From the NCBI RefSeq assembly GCF_031769215.1, contig NW_026781979.1:372001-436000 (forward strand): a stretch of DNA of 64,000 nt, in the 5' to 3' direction. A program made the translations under genes and the position numbers. How positions within the stretch are numbered: position 1 is the stretch's first letter; each line of letters opens with the position of its first letter. The notes beneath the pieces were generated by a model. That model was given only the letters and a program-made list of their open reading frames with translations, had not been told where the DNA came from and ran no database searches. Shown here piece by piece: positions 39,871-54,091 of this stretch. The stretch is from Ylistrum balloti (taxonomy: Eukaryota).

Positions 39871-42800
39871 TTATTTACATGTGCCAACAATGGTGCCGAC
39901 AGAAACGCTTATCCTTCCGGAACACTTGTCATCTTCACCCTTCAAGGGTCTCAGTGTAAAGCTGTCCTTTATGCATATTTAAATTTTTGCTCATTTTGCC
40001 AATCTTGAATTTGAAAGTAGTTTTGTTGAAATGTCAATACTCTCTTTTGCTTTTGACAGCTCCTTCTCATGTGATACACTGCTAATCTATCATCCTGTCC
40101 AAGTATTACCGATATTCGTACAGCGACTTCCTTTGCAGAGTCTCTATTGTCCGTTTGGTAATTACAAAAGAGCGTTTTACTTTACTCTATATGGCAAAAA
40201 GGGGCATCAAGTGGTTTATCTATTATTGTAGTTCAATATCTCCGTTTCGGAAGTTATTCACAAGCATTTTTCTCCAAAAACTAGTCAGTTGTGTCGTTAA
40301 TAAAGTCAATCGACTCTATTTCTAATTACCACAAAAATGTTCTTGAAGTCATTTTAGATCCAAATCACTTGTTTTAAATTGGTTCACAAAATGAAGGAAA
40401 ACAAACAAAAATTAATATTTTGACTTCATTCCCCTCGAAAACATGCATTCAAGAAATCAATTCATGAATAAGTTAGTATGTTAAGCCTATAAATACTATT
40501 CTTAAATCTGATCTATTGCTCTCCTTAAATGGCTGGGGGAAAGCCTATGATATCCCTGTATATATCGATTTGGAAACCGGGATATCTTGTATAAATCCAA
40601 TGGAGTTCCAACGGTCGTTTATCATAAGATACAAGTTGGTTTACGAGTGATCAGGATATTTACTTTCTGAGGTCTGGGATGTGTGAAGACATTACCAAGT
40701 TACATGTCAGTGACATTTGAAGTATTTAAACTCAGACAGATTTATATTTGAAAATTAAAGCAGACTCGTGGGATTAATGATTTATGAGCCCGATTTTTAA
40801 CCGAGCTTTATTGATAGTGTTGCGCTCCCTACGGGTCGTCATTTAATTCATATTTAGTGTAACATATTGCTTTCAATTTGTTTTCATATATGATATTTGG
40901 ATGACAATGCGTAACTTTACCACGTGTTTTTTTTTTCTTGCGTCATACTAGTCTAATATCATAATAAGATCTAGCATTAAAAAGTTTACAATGATTATCG
41001 GTTAATTCAAGCATGTAATAGATTTCACTGAATACATTTACTGTGATAACACACACTAAAATAACTAAACGTAGACAACAATTATATCATAATGGATAAA
41101 GTGACACAAAACCTTATCAGTGATATTACACACTTCTAAGTATATCTTGACTAAAATAGTTACATGCATGAAAGGGTTCAAATTATGATGCCTTTGCACA
41201 ACAAATATTCTTTTATCTGATATCTTTCCGTGCACTCGTGTGTGGTTGTATTTTCCAATGCTATGCCATTTATGATATACAAAACGTGCGTAACAATAAC
41301 AAATAATGCTTTGTGTATTCGACACGAAAGAATGATAAATTTAATTTCACTTAAACACTGTGTATTATTATTCGTACGATATATTTCCAAAACCCCAGAG
41401 AGTATAACGACAGTAGATGTAAAAAGGCGGATCCGGAAAATGTATCATTTAACATGTCGTGATATATCTTTACCGTAATATTCGTCGAAGATGTTTCTGC
41501 AAATAAATATTTTCCAGGCACAGCCTTCTATGTGAATATAATATGTCCAAACGGAGGAATGAAAATTAAATCTAGATAATAGAAATACAGTTGTACAACT
41601 CTTTGAACAAGTGCGCTTTGATTTAGAAGAGGAGCTGTCGAGGCAGAACAGATAATATTTCAGTTCAGTTTCTGTCTTTGAAATGTAATTTTTGTTTCCT
41701 GTTGAAAAATTTGATAGAATCTGGCTGTCCCTTAAGTTATTGAAAAGACATTTGAAATATGACATCACCAATTATAATATATAGAACATTCGAGTTTGTC
41801 ATGACCGATTTGATTTGATATCTCTATATATAGATAATGTTATCTGTCTGTGATATATACGACAGATCGAACGACTCCGCGGAACCACAGGACACAGTCA
41901 CAAAGGGGAATACATACGTTCTTGTAATGTTAATGAGAGGCTGACCGTTCTAGCGACTGATTACAGTAACTAAAATTACCGTATATATTTACGTAACATA
42001 AAGTGTCACCTACACCTCAGCACCGAAAAAGACAAATCTCAGCAACTCAGATTTTTGATGAATCAGATAACCTCTAAGCTACAATCGTTCTTATCTTTGT
42101 TAAGTCAAGAATACGGTGGGAGTAGGTGTCTTCTTACATGTATATTTGGTACTTGTTCATTGGTCACCGTATCGGGGGTTTATACGAAGGAGGGGCTAGA
42201 AAAGATAAAAAAAGTCTGCTTCTCCCATTCCATTGCTTTGGATCTCAATCTTTTCCTGTCTTTATTTTCCTCTCTAGCTGCCACTCTGTTCAGCCTACAT
42301 CATATGATTCTGGCTGTTCCCAGTACGTTAACGCCATAAAAAACAAGCAAATTATGTTTATGTCTTTTAAGCTATGGGGCATTGTCTCCGCTGAAACAAA
42401 ATTATATAATCTGACAATTCAAAGTTGTTTGAGAATGTTTCCGTACATCATTATATATTTTTGTCAAATCGAAATCTCACTGTCTACAGGATTAAAACCT
42501 GTAAATTTTTTGACAGTGTCAACACGGACATATACCAACAACTATGACACGTCCCAACATTACTGCCTCCAGTTACATCCGCTCGCTGCTGGACTTCGGG
42601 TCATATGTTTACAGTACCCCACGTCCACCTGTCAGATAACAGTGTTGTTAAACACCTGTATGACAGGTACATGTGAGTAATAGGGTAGAAGCTGCTGACA
42701 CATCGGAGATTAAATAGGTATATCTGTCACAATCTCTCCGACAACGCGTCATGTGCTTGCTCATTTGGCTTCGTCATCTTTACAAGAGTAACTTTAAACG

Positions 42801-45800
42801 GTATTATTAAAGAATAAACTTTGTCATCCCTTGTTGTTAAATCAATAAAATGTTTACTCAAATCGTTTATGAGACACTGAATTCTTTTATGTTTGTTTAT
42901 AAGCTAAATATGACAATATGAGCAAACATTTGCGTGAGACTCCAATATCAATTATTTTTATTTGTTTTAATAAAGGGCTTGACATCATAGATTATTTTGA
43001 TCTTGGATTGAAACATATTGACGTCATCGCGGAATTTTAACATATAACTATATTACTACTTTTATTATGGTTGTTCCTGTTAAATCCTAACGACCAGGGT
43101 ATTTGTTAAAAAAAATTACGATAGCAAATACTTGTAATTACATAATTACATAACGTGCAATTATAAAGTAATTGAACGATCACGGCTAAACATCTGACTA
43201 TACGGGATCTGACTAGAATATCTCAAGTATTGAGATTTTTGTTGCAAAACGGGAAACTAGAGTTTGATAATGGTAAATGAAGAACCAATATTGCTACAGT
43301 GTATGAAAACAATTTTTAGCTGTAAAAATGACAAAAAAGAGACAAATGTGTTTGTGATTGTTCTGTAACGAAAGCAGCCATTCACTGGCTTTGTCATATT
43401 CAGGAAAGTAAAGTGTTAACTAATTCATCACATCAATGACTTCCAACACAAGACGATACCAGCAACAACTATCAGTAATAAGTAGGTCCAGTATTACATT
43501 GTAACCAAAGCGGATAGTGGGGTAATGTATCAATGGGTTTCGGGACATCTCTCTGTTCCGGTGGGCATGTTGGTTTTTATTTCATTGAGCATTGATTTAA
43601 GATATACGTTTCAAAATCACAACAGGAAATACTTTAAATGTGACATTGGAAACGATTATATGTTTTTCTAACACTTCGCTTTTGTTTGTGTTTTTTTTAT
43701 GTTTGGATCATGAAACGAAACGTTCGTTGTTTTGAGTTTGCATATTGTTCCTGTGACAGAGAATGAATTATATTTGCAGTATTGCGCATTATTCTAATAT
43801 TCATTCATTTTTAATATAGGGCATCAAATTATCTACATATTTAGTCTCAAACAAAGGTCTTAATTTTTTAATCAAAGAACATTATTGTGCTATTTGCCAG
43901 GAAGACTGGAGATTTTCTTAATTATTTCGTTTGTCTACAGCTTATTACGAAAAAACTAGTCATATGAACCAGTGGATGATGGTGATCTTTCTTCGTACAT
44001 TTGTATCTCTAAGCAGACTCTTCTCTACATCTCGGATTTCTATCAATTCTTTGCATTTCACAGAATTGCTTAAATGATATTGATCACCGTGGATCTGTTC
44101 AATGCATTGCTACACACTGCTGGATATCTTTCTGAGACAGCTAGAGTATGAATCCAACAGGACGACATCACCAACCTGTTCTTTATCTAGGCTCTGTCCT
44201 ATTTGTTAATTTGTCGAACGTGTTGAAAATAGCACGGTAGATGACAGAAACATACTTGTTCTAGCTCGATTCAGCGAACGACCTGTAAAACTTCCATTTA
44301 TATATATTAAAAAACAGAGAAATGTGTAGCTAAAATTTGCAGAAGAGATAACCAGAATGATTGCCATCGACCAATCGAAGTACTAAAACGTTTTTAAATA
44401 TCCATGAATTTCATACCAATCCCTTTGTCGTGGACTGGTAGTATAATTAGACCGAACAACCGAGAGACTATTTTCTTTACAGCATGAATGTAATAGCCTT
44501 CGTCGTCGCTTAATGTGTCCGGAGTCTAAGATTAGTTGTTTTTTACTACTTTCTTTTAATCCTATTCCTTGTCACTAGATGTGTACCTTCAATCATCAAA
44601 ATCTCGCTTCCAGCGAGGTTGACGTGATAAGGGACAGATGAATCGTTACCTTGACATTCACTTCCGTCCGGAAAGTCTTTAAATACCACATTTCCCAATG
44701 AAATGTAGGCCTGATACAAATGTAAAATAATTAATTTAACATTTGGTTTAATCTACATCTAACGTTGTATACGTATGTATGTTATTTTGTGTAATGGTTC
44801 GTGTAATCTCAACACTACCTCTCTGTACCATGTTCTCTCTAGTAAAACAAGGGGCAATGATTCTTACCAAGAGATTTACGTGGTGTCAGATTAAGAGGAA
44901 ATGGAGAAACACAAGAATACAAAAAATGAAAACATTTCTGTGTTACCAAACGATTCTACAATGTTGACATAACAATAAATTTCATTGATTTATAACCACT
45001 TACTATCAGACAATAATCATGCTGTCCCGTTTTGTAAATGTAAACAAGAGAGTAGAGTGTAACTGGATTGCCATACACATATTAGCTTTGTTAAGTGAGG
45101 GCTCAAGAGTGTATTTACAGATCGCATCACGTACACCAACGTTAAACTGGCACAGCATGATCACTGACTCCACATATACAAATCAGAACATTAGTTGACG
45201 ATTATTAGAAACCAACGTATATTTTTACTATAGTGTAACATTCAACGATTTCAAAAAACAATTGGATACCGATAAAATAACTGAATCTAAACCCCTTCGC
45301 AAATGTTTCCATATAATCCATTCTTCGGTGCGGAAACTCCGTGTATGATGTAATGTGTCACTTCTGACAAATTACAAACCATCCTTCCGGTAACCCTAAA
45401 AGCCTGTCATATTGTTTTTGCTAATGGCACATGCCTTAAATGTTCGACATATAGACCTTACTTAAATATTGTATATCATACGATGCATGTGGATGCAGAA
45501 TTACAAATGTCCTCTGTTGGAAAGGTATTGAACCAGTACCTGCAACTGAAACGGATAAAGATGGCTGTGGTGCTGACTGGTGGTGACAGCTGTGAATATA
45601 GCAAAATGACATATTGTAACAATTAATGGCAAAATCAATTTATTTTACCGTTTTGTTACCAATACTGATGATATTTTTTTAAATGTGTCGTGTCATATCC
45701 GAAGTTATTTATGTAGTATGCAGGTACGCCTGACTTAAAATGCTCGATACAGCGACAACGGAGCGCAGTAACATATACAGCATACGCTGCATGATGAAAG

Positions 45801-47609
45801 ACTCCTTTATACGGAAATGGAACCAGGAAAGTTCAATTCGACTTTAGATACCGAATTGGATATGTAAAAACTATATTATGCGATCGATTTGGTAAATGCA
45901 ATTACGAGAAATAAATGTGTATAAGTTTGCATTGAGCCATTATAAAAGATCTGTCATACTGTTAAATTCATTTAACTCAAACAAAAAATTAAATTTTGAA
46001 AAAATTGGCGGTAGTAAGAGTGATGTTGTACATCTAAGGTTGTAATTTGCATAGATATGTTCACTGTGAGTGTCGGTTTGATCTTGTAAGGAATTTCATA
46101 CAAATACTATAATTCATTTAAAAGCCAATATTTTCCTATTAGCCAATATAACTACCATGATGTTGTCTGTTGATTACATTTGCACAGTGACAAGGAATTC
46201 AAAATGAGTCTTTCGATAGGTTTTTTAGATCTTGCAAACCATGTGTTTTATCTGTAACGCTCCTAATTATAAGTCCCTATTACAGCTCTTGCACAAATGA
46301 GATCTATATGTCAGTACAGACCATACAGCACGCCGAAAGAACCTGACTTAGGATTTACATTCTAATCAAAATATTTATGGAATTAAGAAGTTGATGTTGC
46401 TCCCTATCCTGGTTTTGACATTTCCACTAATTTTGATTTTCCTCTGTTGCCTGCTATGTTTCATGATTTATACTGATAGTCGTGGAAGGATGAATAAGAT
46501 GCACAGAAGACTCGGTCGAAACCAGACTCTGTACAATCCAGATGTCTGCCGAATCCGGTCAAGTAATTACGTCCCATTTCCAACAATATTACAACAAAGG
46601 ACTCTATACAATCCGAAACTCTCTACCACCGGCAACATTTTTCCCGAAGGTGTCCGTTTTTGTCAGATTCTACTGTATAACGAACTGAATTCATGTGGCT
46701 TACTGTATATAATTCTAATTTTTATTGAAAAAGATTATTCAGCTGTATGTGTTTTGTATTTTTTAAATAGCGAATTTTTTGTGTGTACAGTTTGTTTTTG
46801 CTCTTGTCGTCAATAACGTTAAAATATAAAAAGATGTAACCAGAAAATAAGGATACAAACATCCATATGAACTTTTAACTTGTAAAATTACTGATAAAAA
46901 CACCAGGAAGAGCAAATCTAGTTCATGGTCAGCTTTTGTAGCACTTATTGCAAGTCATCAATATCCCTATCATTCCTTAATCAGCTGGTTTTATTCAATA
47001 TCGCGTGTGAAGCAGCTCAACAGAAATCATAAGAAAAATGTCAGCAAGTCATTACCATTTTAACATCATGCATTAAATCTCTCCTCATCCGTTCTGTTAA
47101 TAGATTGAATTTGCCTGCAGCTATGGCATTCTGACAATTATGACGATCTCCCTCTTGTGTAAAGCTAAAACCATAATACTTCACTAATGTGGAAAAACGG
47201 CATAACGAGGAGATTAATTTCCGGCCAATGGCAGCTGATAAAGAATTCATGAACTACAGCGACAACATCCCAGTTACTGGGGGTGTCAGACATTGATACT
47301 ATTTCGTCTGGTCGTTTTTACATCACATATTCCAAGAAATAATATCATTGATTTTAAAACAATGATTTCGAATGATTTTAAGCAATTGTATTACGTTTGG
47401 CTTAAACGGTTTCAAAATCAATTACACGTCTATAACTTTCTTCGAACTGCCTGACCATTACCATCTGGTTAACTAAACGATAACACAACAAGGCATGTAT
47501 ACACGAGTGCTTGACTTTCGTCTGAAGTTGCCAGATATATTAAAATTACAACTATTTCCACTTATGGGACTAGTGTAACCCCCCCCCCCCCCGGCCTAGA
47601 TATCGACAA

Positions 47610-47725
47610 TTCTTTCGATCACATTGGACTTTCCTCACTTGTCTCCTAAGGTCTTGGTCCTTGTCATCACTGAGAAGTTTCATTTTTATATAGAAGGACG
47701 AATTAGTTGTATAATGGAGTTAAAT
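47610..47725 (+). mobile_element. Family A copy (degenerate hammerhead)
   Basis: tctttcgatcacattggactttcctc...ggtccttgtcatca CTGAGAA g...gaaGGAC GAATT AGTT GTA taatgg. The 5' flank matches the 5.5-kb and 2.0-kb copies. Confidence 0.45.
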
Positions 47726-47929
47726 TTATTATCTGTACTGTATGTTATTCTAAAATTGTATTGAACACTAATATGTCTTTTGTACAATCTTCTAATGGCA
47801 AAAATTTGATACTCCGCTCATTTCAAACCTGCAATGCAAGAAATCGACAAAATGAAAGTGACGTGACTAGAGTGGGAAATGTTTGATAACTTTTGGTATC
47901 AATCGTCTCTTTATTCATCTTGGCCGTTT

Positions 47930-48020
47930 TAGATTTTCCTCTGTCGCCTCCTTGGTGTTTACACTTTAGGTCTTTATTATCTCTGACGAGTCCTAAAGAG
48001 ACTCGGTGTGAAAACAGGAT
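47930..48020 (+). mobile_element. Family A copy (degenerate hammerhead)
   Basis: gattttcctctgtcgcctccttgg...tttaggtctttattatct CTGACGA GTCCT aaag agac; the 3' half is decayed. Confidence 0.45.
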
Positions 48021-50506
48021 TTACAGTGTACAAAATATTGATGATAATATACCTTAGTCTTTACTGTTATGAAGAAAAATGCACAATGAATGTCACCATG
48101 AGGATGGTGATGTATGTTTAATGAGTATCAGTATACGAACAAATACATGGTAAAAGTGACCATGGAATAATTACCCAAAAACTTCCTCCGATGAGATTTT
48201 TGAAAACATTTGTTAAAAAAAGTACTTTCATAACGTTTTAAATGTTACGATATTACCAGAATATTGTATAAATTATGTGACTTTTGCTCGTCATTTCAAG
48301 ATCACCATAAATTTGATCACCTGACCAGTCCAATGACCACCGCCTAACACAAAGCCGTGGACACGAGGGACTACTTTCTGTCAAGAATCGTACAGAGCCT
48401 GACAACTTACAGCCTTAAAAACATTACGAGCCCATCTGCTGCATCTGCATACTATGGGTTTTTGTTCCAGAATTCAATAAGGTTATAGTGAAAACTAGCC
48501 CTCCCTTTCAGAATACGATGGCCACGTTCATTAAGGGGATTATATACTAGATGTCTGCAACACGAATTCCGGCCAAGCAACCCTCAAGAGAGGTGGCAGC
48601 TTTTTGTGGTTGTCGCGCAGCAGTACAGATGATTTCTAATTGAGCTGTTATCAGCCGCCTGCAAACTCGGAGAATAAAAGACGCAGATGAATTATTAACA
48701 AAGTCGGATTAGTTTTCGATGAAGTTGTATCCTCTCTAAGCTTAATTGTTGTTATAAATAAAGAAAATAATTGACTAGGCCATATAGCATTGGACGACAG
48801 ACAAGCTGTCAAGCATCAGGAGTTTAATTTATTTCCATCGATCTGAAAAGACGATATTTAGATATCTGTTACTTTTTTTGTTAAACAATATAATAATTCT
48901 AGATCTAAAGCGAGATTTTTTCAGATTAATCTTGTTAGCCGAATAGATATGATCGGTTTACCAAATATAGGAAACGGTTCCTTGTCAATGTAACATTAAA
49001 AAGTAATTGATAAAGTTGATTTGATATTTATCTCGACACTAGCACGTGCTTACCACTCTCTCCATTTATTGTTCAGTTGCCCGATGCCGTCCTATGCATG
49101 ACACATGTAAAAACATGAACAGTAACACACGGTTTAAAAAAACGATTAAGTAACGGCAATTGAGGGGAAAAAACAAGACACCCCCCCCCCCCAAAAAAAA
49201 AAAATAAATAAATAAATAAAAAAAAAGGGATGAACATTTGAAATATTTTATTGATTAAATTGTCTGTTTTAACATTCTATTCCATACTGATAATGTTGCA
49301 TATAAATAGAGAGGCCAGCTTACTATATGGAAATTAAGTTGGATTTATGAAATTCGGCTGGTACATGAGTTTCTGATAAGTTTGATCAAGTCAAGAATAT
49401 CACTTTGTTTCTAAAATTGCTATTTTAAAACTAATTTAAAAAAAGAATCTGGCTATACTTATTGCTATGAATGCTTTCAAATCAGATAACAAAACTCCTC
49501 ACTTCTTCCTAAGGTACATAAATGTAATATGCGATATTATTCTTAAATCTAATCTCACCCATTCATTCAGCTTTACTTTTTCAGTGGCTTTCTGAGTTTG
49601 TGTTTTGGTACAGAAGACCTTTAATTAAGAGTGCATTTATCAGCTGAAAGATCGTATAATAGATAAAAAAGTAAAAAGTAAATTTCAATACAAAACATTG
49701 CATGGTTGAAGAATTAGCCTACATTAAACTGCTTCTGGGATTTGTCATATCGTGATATCAAATTCAAAAACCACAATCTTCAGGCATTATGGGAAAGTAA
49801 TTGAACAAAACATTGGCTTTTTTGTCATCTATGTAAAATCGAAATACTAGCATAAAAGTTGGAAGCAAATTGTCAAAAGTATATTGTCAGATTTGTAGCG
49901 TTCACGATTGATGTTCGAGAAATAGATAGTCCATTAAACATCCGAAAAAATTCTGATCAAAGGGAGGTAACTTGCACTACACGATAGTTCTCCTGTCACA
50001 AAGATGGATATAGACTCGGACGTTTCCTTTAGCTAAACATTAATCTCCCCGATGGTTCCTTGCTTAAGTTTCATACATCTTTGAATAATAACCAACGTTC
50101 TTTTTTATATTTGAAATGGAAGGCACAAGCAGGAATATAAAAAAGTGATTGTATGCAGTTGTACATGCTTGAAACATTACAATACTATATAATTTGCCAG
50201 AATAGGAGTGTTACATTAAACAAAAAAACTGAAGCAAGTTTATAAAAAAAAATATATGTTACGTGACTTTTGTTCTGCAAACCCTAATTTTGTAATAACA
50301 ATTCGGCATAATAATTAGTTGAAAGTAAATATATATGACTCATGGCGTTCGGGGAAAAAGACATTGCATTTTTGCCGGTAAAATAAAGGAATTTATCAAT
50401 TTGTTCAAAATTGATGTCACCATTGTCGTCTTCTTGACAAGCGTCAAAATATGTGCTGATATTTTCTGGACACCACACCGTTATATGTTTAGATTTATTT
50501 ATTTAT

Positions 50507-50539
<33 letters not shown>

Positions 50540-51072
50540 CAGTTTCCTTGAAAATGTAATCAAAAGAAAACGTATTGGTTTCAATATCCTCTAAGTGTTC
50601 TATTTTATCACAGAATGCTAATGTTTATTTTTAATGTTGTAATCGTATATGGTGTTAACAGAGATATTTTCTTGGGGATGCAGTGTACTGTGTTAGAGAT
50701 TGACGAGTTACCGTGTTACATCGGATATGGGACTCGTGTTACTTAACGAGTTTTCATATCCGGTCACGCAGCATCAACACGTCCATAATAACATGTCAAC
50801 AGTTCAGACAAATGGTTTCCCATTCCCGTTATTAGAACTACATCCTGTTATAAAGTAACTAACCTGTCAATACAGAAACTCCGAGCGCCACGTTTGTAGA
50901 CATCGATCATTTACTCATTCGGCTGCGTTGACTGATGCTGGTACCTTCCGTATACTGTTCATGTCTTTACGGAATCAGCTGAGGCTTGACGAATGTATTA
51001 TCGACTTATAACCTTAACAATATTGGAAAATGAATTCAAATTTGCAGTCTCCTCCATCCCATGAAATACTTC

Positions 51073-51563
51073 TGTGAGCAATATCACGTGTGAGTGATGT
51101 AATGACACAATATCACGTGTGAGTGATGCAATGTCACAATGTCACATGTGAGTGATGCAATGTCACAATGTCACATGTGAGTGATGCTATAACACAATAT
51201 CACACGTGTGAGTGATGTACTAACACAATATCACGTGTGAGTGATGCAATAACACAATATCACATGTGAGTGATGCAGTAACACAATATCACATGTGAGT
51301 GATACAGTAACACAATATAACGTGTGAGTGATGCAGTAACACAATATCACACGTGAGTGATGCAGTAAAACAATATCACATGTGAGTGATGTAGTAACAC
51401 AATATCACACATGAGTGATGCAGTAACACAATATCACAAGTGAGTGGTGTAGTAACACAATATCACACGTGAGTGATGCAGTAACACAATATCACACTTG
51501 AGTGATGCAGTAACACAATATCACACGTGAGTGATGCAGTAACACAATATCACATGTGAGCGA
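51073..51563. repeat. 29-bp tandem array, about 16-17 copies
   Basis: Unit gtgagtgatgcagtaacacaatatcac(a)(c/t). Confidence 0.95.
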
Positions 51564-52093
51564 TACGATGCTTTAGTAGTCCGATCATATGTCCACCGGG
51601 ATGATCTCCCTTGAGACGGCAAAATTCTTTATCACTGACTGTTGATCATTCACAGATACACAGCTATCATATATGTGTCGTTAGACTGGGATAATATCTT
51701 AAAAACATTTATTAATATATATCTTGTAGATATGATTTGAATATTTTATCACATTAAGGTCTGGGATCTTTTAAGATATAATATTTGAGATATGTTCAAA
51801 ATCATATGATATTAGATACAAAAGGATCGCGCATTCACAGATAAGATGTAACTTTGAGCAGGCTTCATAATACTAATAGAAATTTCAATTTCAGACTTTT
51901 TTAAAACTTCAGATATGTTTGATAAATCAAGGTTACTGTATGGTGTTCTTGGAGCTGTTAGAGATCCGTAGATTTGAGGAAGCACTTTACAACGCTCCTC
52001 TCAAATAAGTGTTTGTATGTTTCCCTTTCAAGACAATGAAAAGAAAAGAATTACACAGACGTTGAAAGTATCTATCGAATTGGTCACAATATT

Positions 52094-52610
52094 GAACTCA
52101 TGCGAAGTCTTATTGATATAAGGCTGCATGTGAAGATTCAACAAAAAATGTTTAATGTTCATGGTAATAAAACTGCAAAGAGCCATAACTCTGCTAATTA
52201 TGATCCAGTAGGTATTGTAGAAGTCATCCGAGATTTTATTGATATATGACTAAATTCTACGTTTCATCACAATCTGTTTATATTTTCTCAACCCCTTTAT
52301 CTTCACAAGTTCCAACGGTAGTTACATTTTAAATGCCCGTAACTCTGTAAATTACTATCGCATCAGACCTATTTCCGAACTTATCCAAGATCTTATTTAT
52401 ATAAGGCTGCATGCCGAATTTTACTTAAATCTATTCACATTTACTTGAAGTTTTATGATCACAAGTTCCATGGTAACAAAACTGCAAGGCACCATAACTA
52501 AGACACAATCGAACCAATTCTCTTTGGAATCCTTTTTATATATAACTGCGTACCAAGTTTCATCAAAATCTCTTCATTTTTAATTAAATTATCATATTCA
52601 CAAGAAAACG
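52094..52610. repeat. About 3.5 degenerate copies of a ~155-bp monomer resembling bivalve BIV160/pearl-type (Helentron-associated) core repeats
   Basis: Motif gaac/gaag..atcc.agat.ttatt.atata recurs at 52094, 52221, 52377 and about 52527; cc(a/g)taact recurs with about 155-bp spacing; gttc(c)atggtaa.aaaactgcaa occurs twice. Family assignment is from memory. Confidence 0.55.
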
Positions 52611-54091
52611 ATTAGGTGACCTAAAATACCGATACATCAGTAGATAGATTAGGGTATTTCTAATATCATTGTACAGAACTGACAACTGCTCAAGGTGTGT
52701 AGCAAGGGACTAAACTCGTGAAAGATAAAGTTTTTAAAGTTAATGTATTGCAATTTTAATACATGCAACTGCTCAAAGTGAAAATGAATTATCAAACACA
52801 CTTTCCCATTAACGCTAAAGTAAATATCCCGAGTGCGTACTAGTATTTATATATGAAAGGTTTTGAAGGATGTAAATATTCGTAAACACGATCGCATGCT
52901 AGTACGTAAATCGATAGGTAGATACCAATTCGTATACCATGTTTAAATTTGCTATTTATCCATCTTTCTAATTTTTTCCGTCATTCTTTCATGCTTTTCA
53001 CGTCTTATTGAGTTAAAGATTAACATTGAATGAGATTTACATAACACGACGTACATCAGATAATCAACCCTTGTCACGAATGATCTTTCTCGGCTGCTAT
53101 AACAAAAACCCGACCGGAAATTTTGCGTGAATGTCTATTTACTCGACATGCCTAAGATGTTGATATATATTGAGATAACGTGCCAAAAAGGCAAACGACT
53201 TTGTTTGCAACTTACATACTATCATTGAGGCACGATTGATGCTTGTGATTAATGACAATAATTTATATACGACGAATCTATTATAGAATGACATCAATCG
53301 GATTAAAATCGAATGCGAGGGTAATTCCGAATTGCATGTTTTCATCATTGTAATCAGGAATAAGTTTGATACACACAACAACATGGATATGACACTGTAA
53401 GCAATTATGTATTGAAATAGGGAACACAAACATCTCATAACCTTTCTGTTGTCATAGAAACCGCCAAAGGATGGTTACTGGTCTGCATTACCACAAAAAC
53501 AAGAACTGAAAATAAAACACATTAATATGGCAATCGCTATAACACTCCAAACTAAGCTGAAGTGAATTTACAGTGAACATGTAGAAACAAGCTATAGGGA
53601 GTTTATTATCTAATTCCATAAAACAAAAAATGCTATTTGTGATTTTAATATTTACAGTGAGCATATTCAAATGCATATCTAACATCAAGTGCTCAGTTGG
53701 GGTACCTAAGACATGGGCGGTCCTTAAATTAAAACATCCAATCAGATAATACGTGTCGATTTCAGTACGATATAGACAAATTTATGTACTGGCATACGTA
53801 TGTCTCGTCTTCTTTCACCAGGATTTCGTTTAGTTTTGCTAATTTTACAAAAGGAGAAATTCACGAAATAGTAATGAAGGGGGACGTTTTAGATGTTTTA
53901 CATTTTATATATATGTAAACAAAGTAGTTACTTACGCTGATTAGCAAACCTTACCTTGATTTGGAGGCAGTCGGTGTTTTTTTTTTTTTTTTTATTTACG
54001 TTCTTCCGAGCGAAATCTTGTCAATACTTTGAGGTTGGAATATTAAACATTTACGTTTTACGTTTTACGAGTGTCGACCAAAGCCTTTACA

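Noticed and set aside
46391-46816. 141-aa ORF with a hydrophobic N-terminus
   Set aside because: Starts at TTG/ATG in T-rich DNA. Its middle (about 46520-46680) has internal direct repeats (ctct.tacaatcc) and a cagtagaa-type end typical of DNA-transposon relics; no domain recognised.
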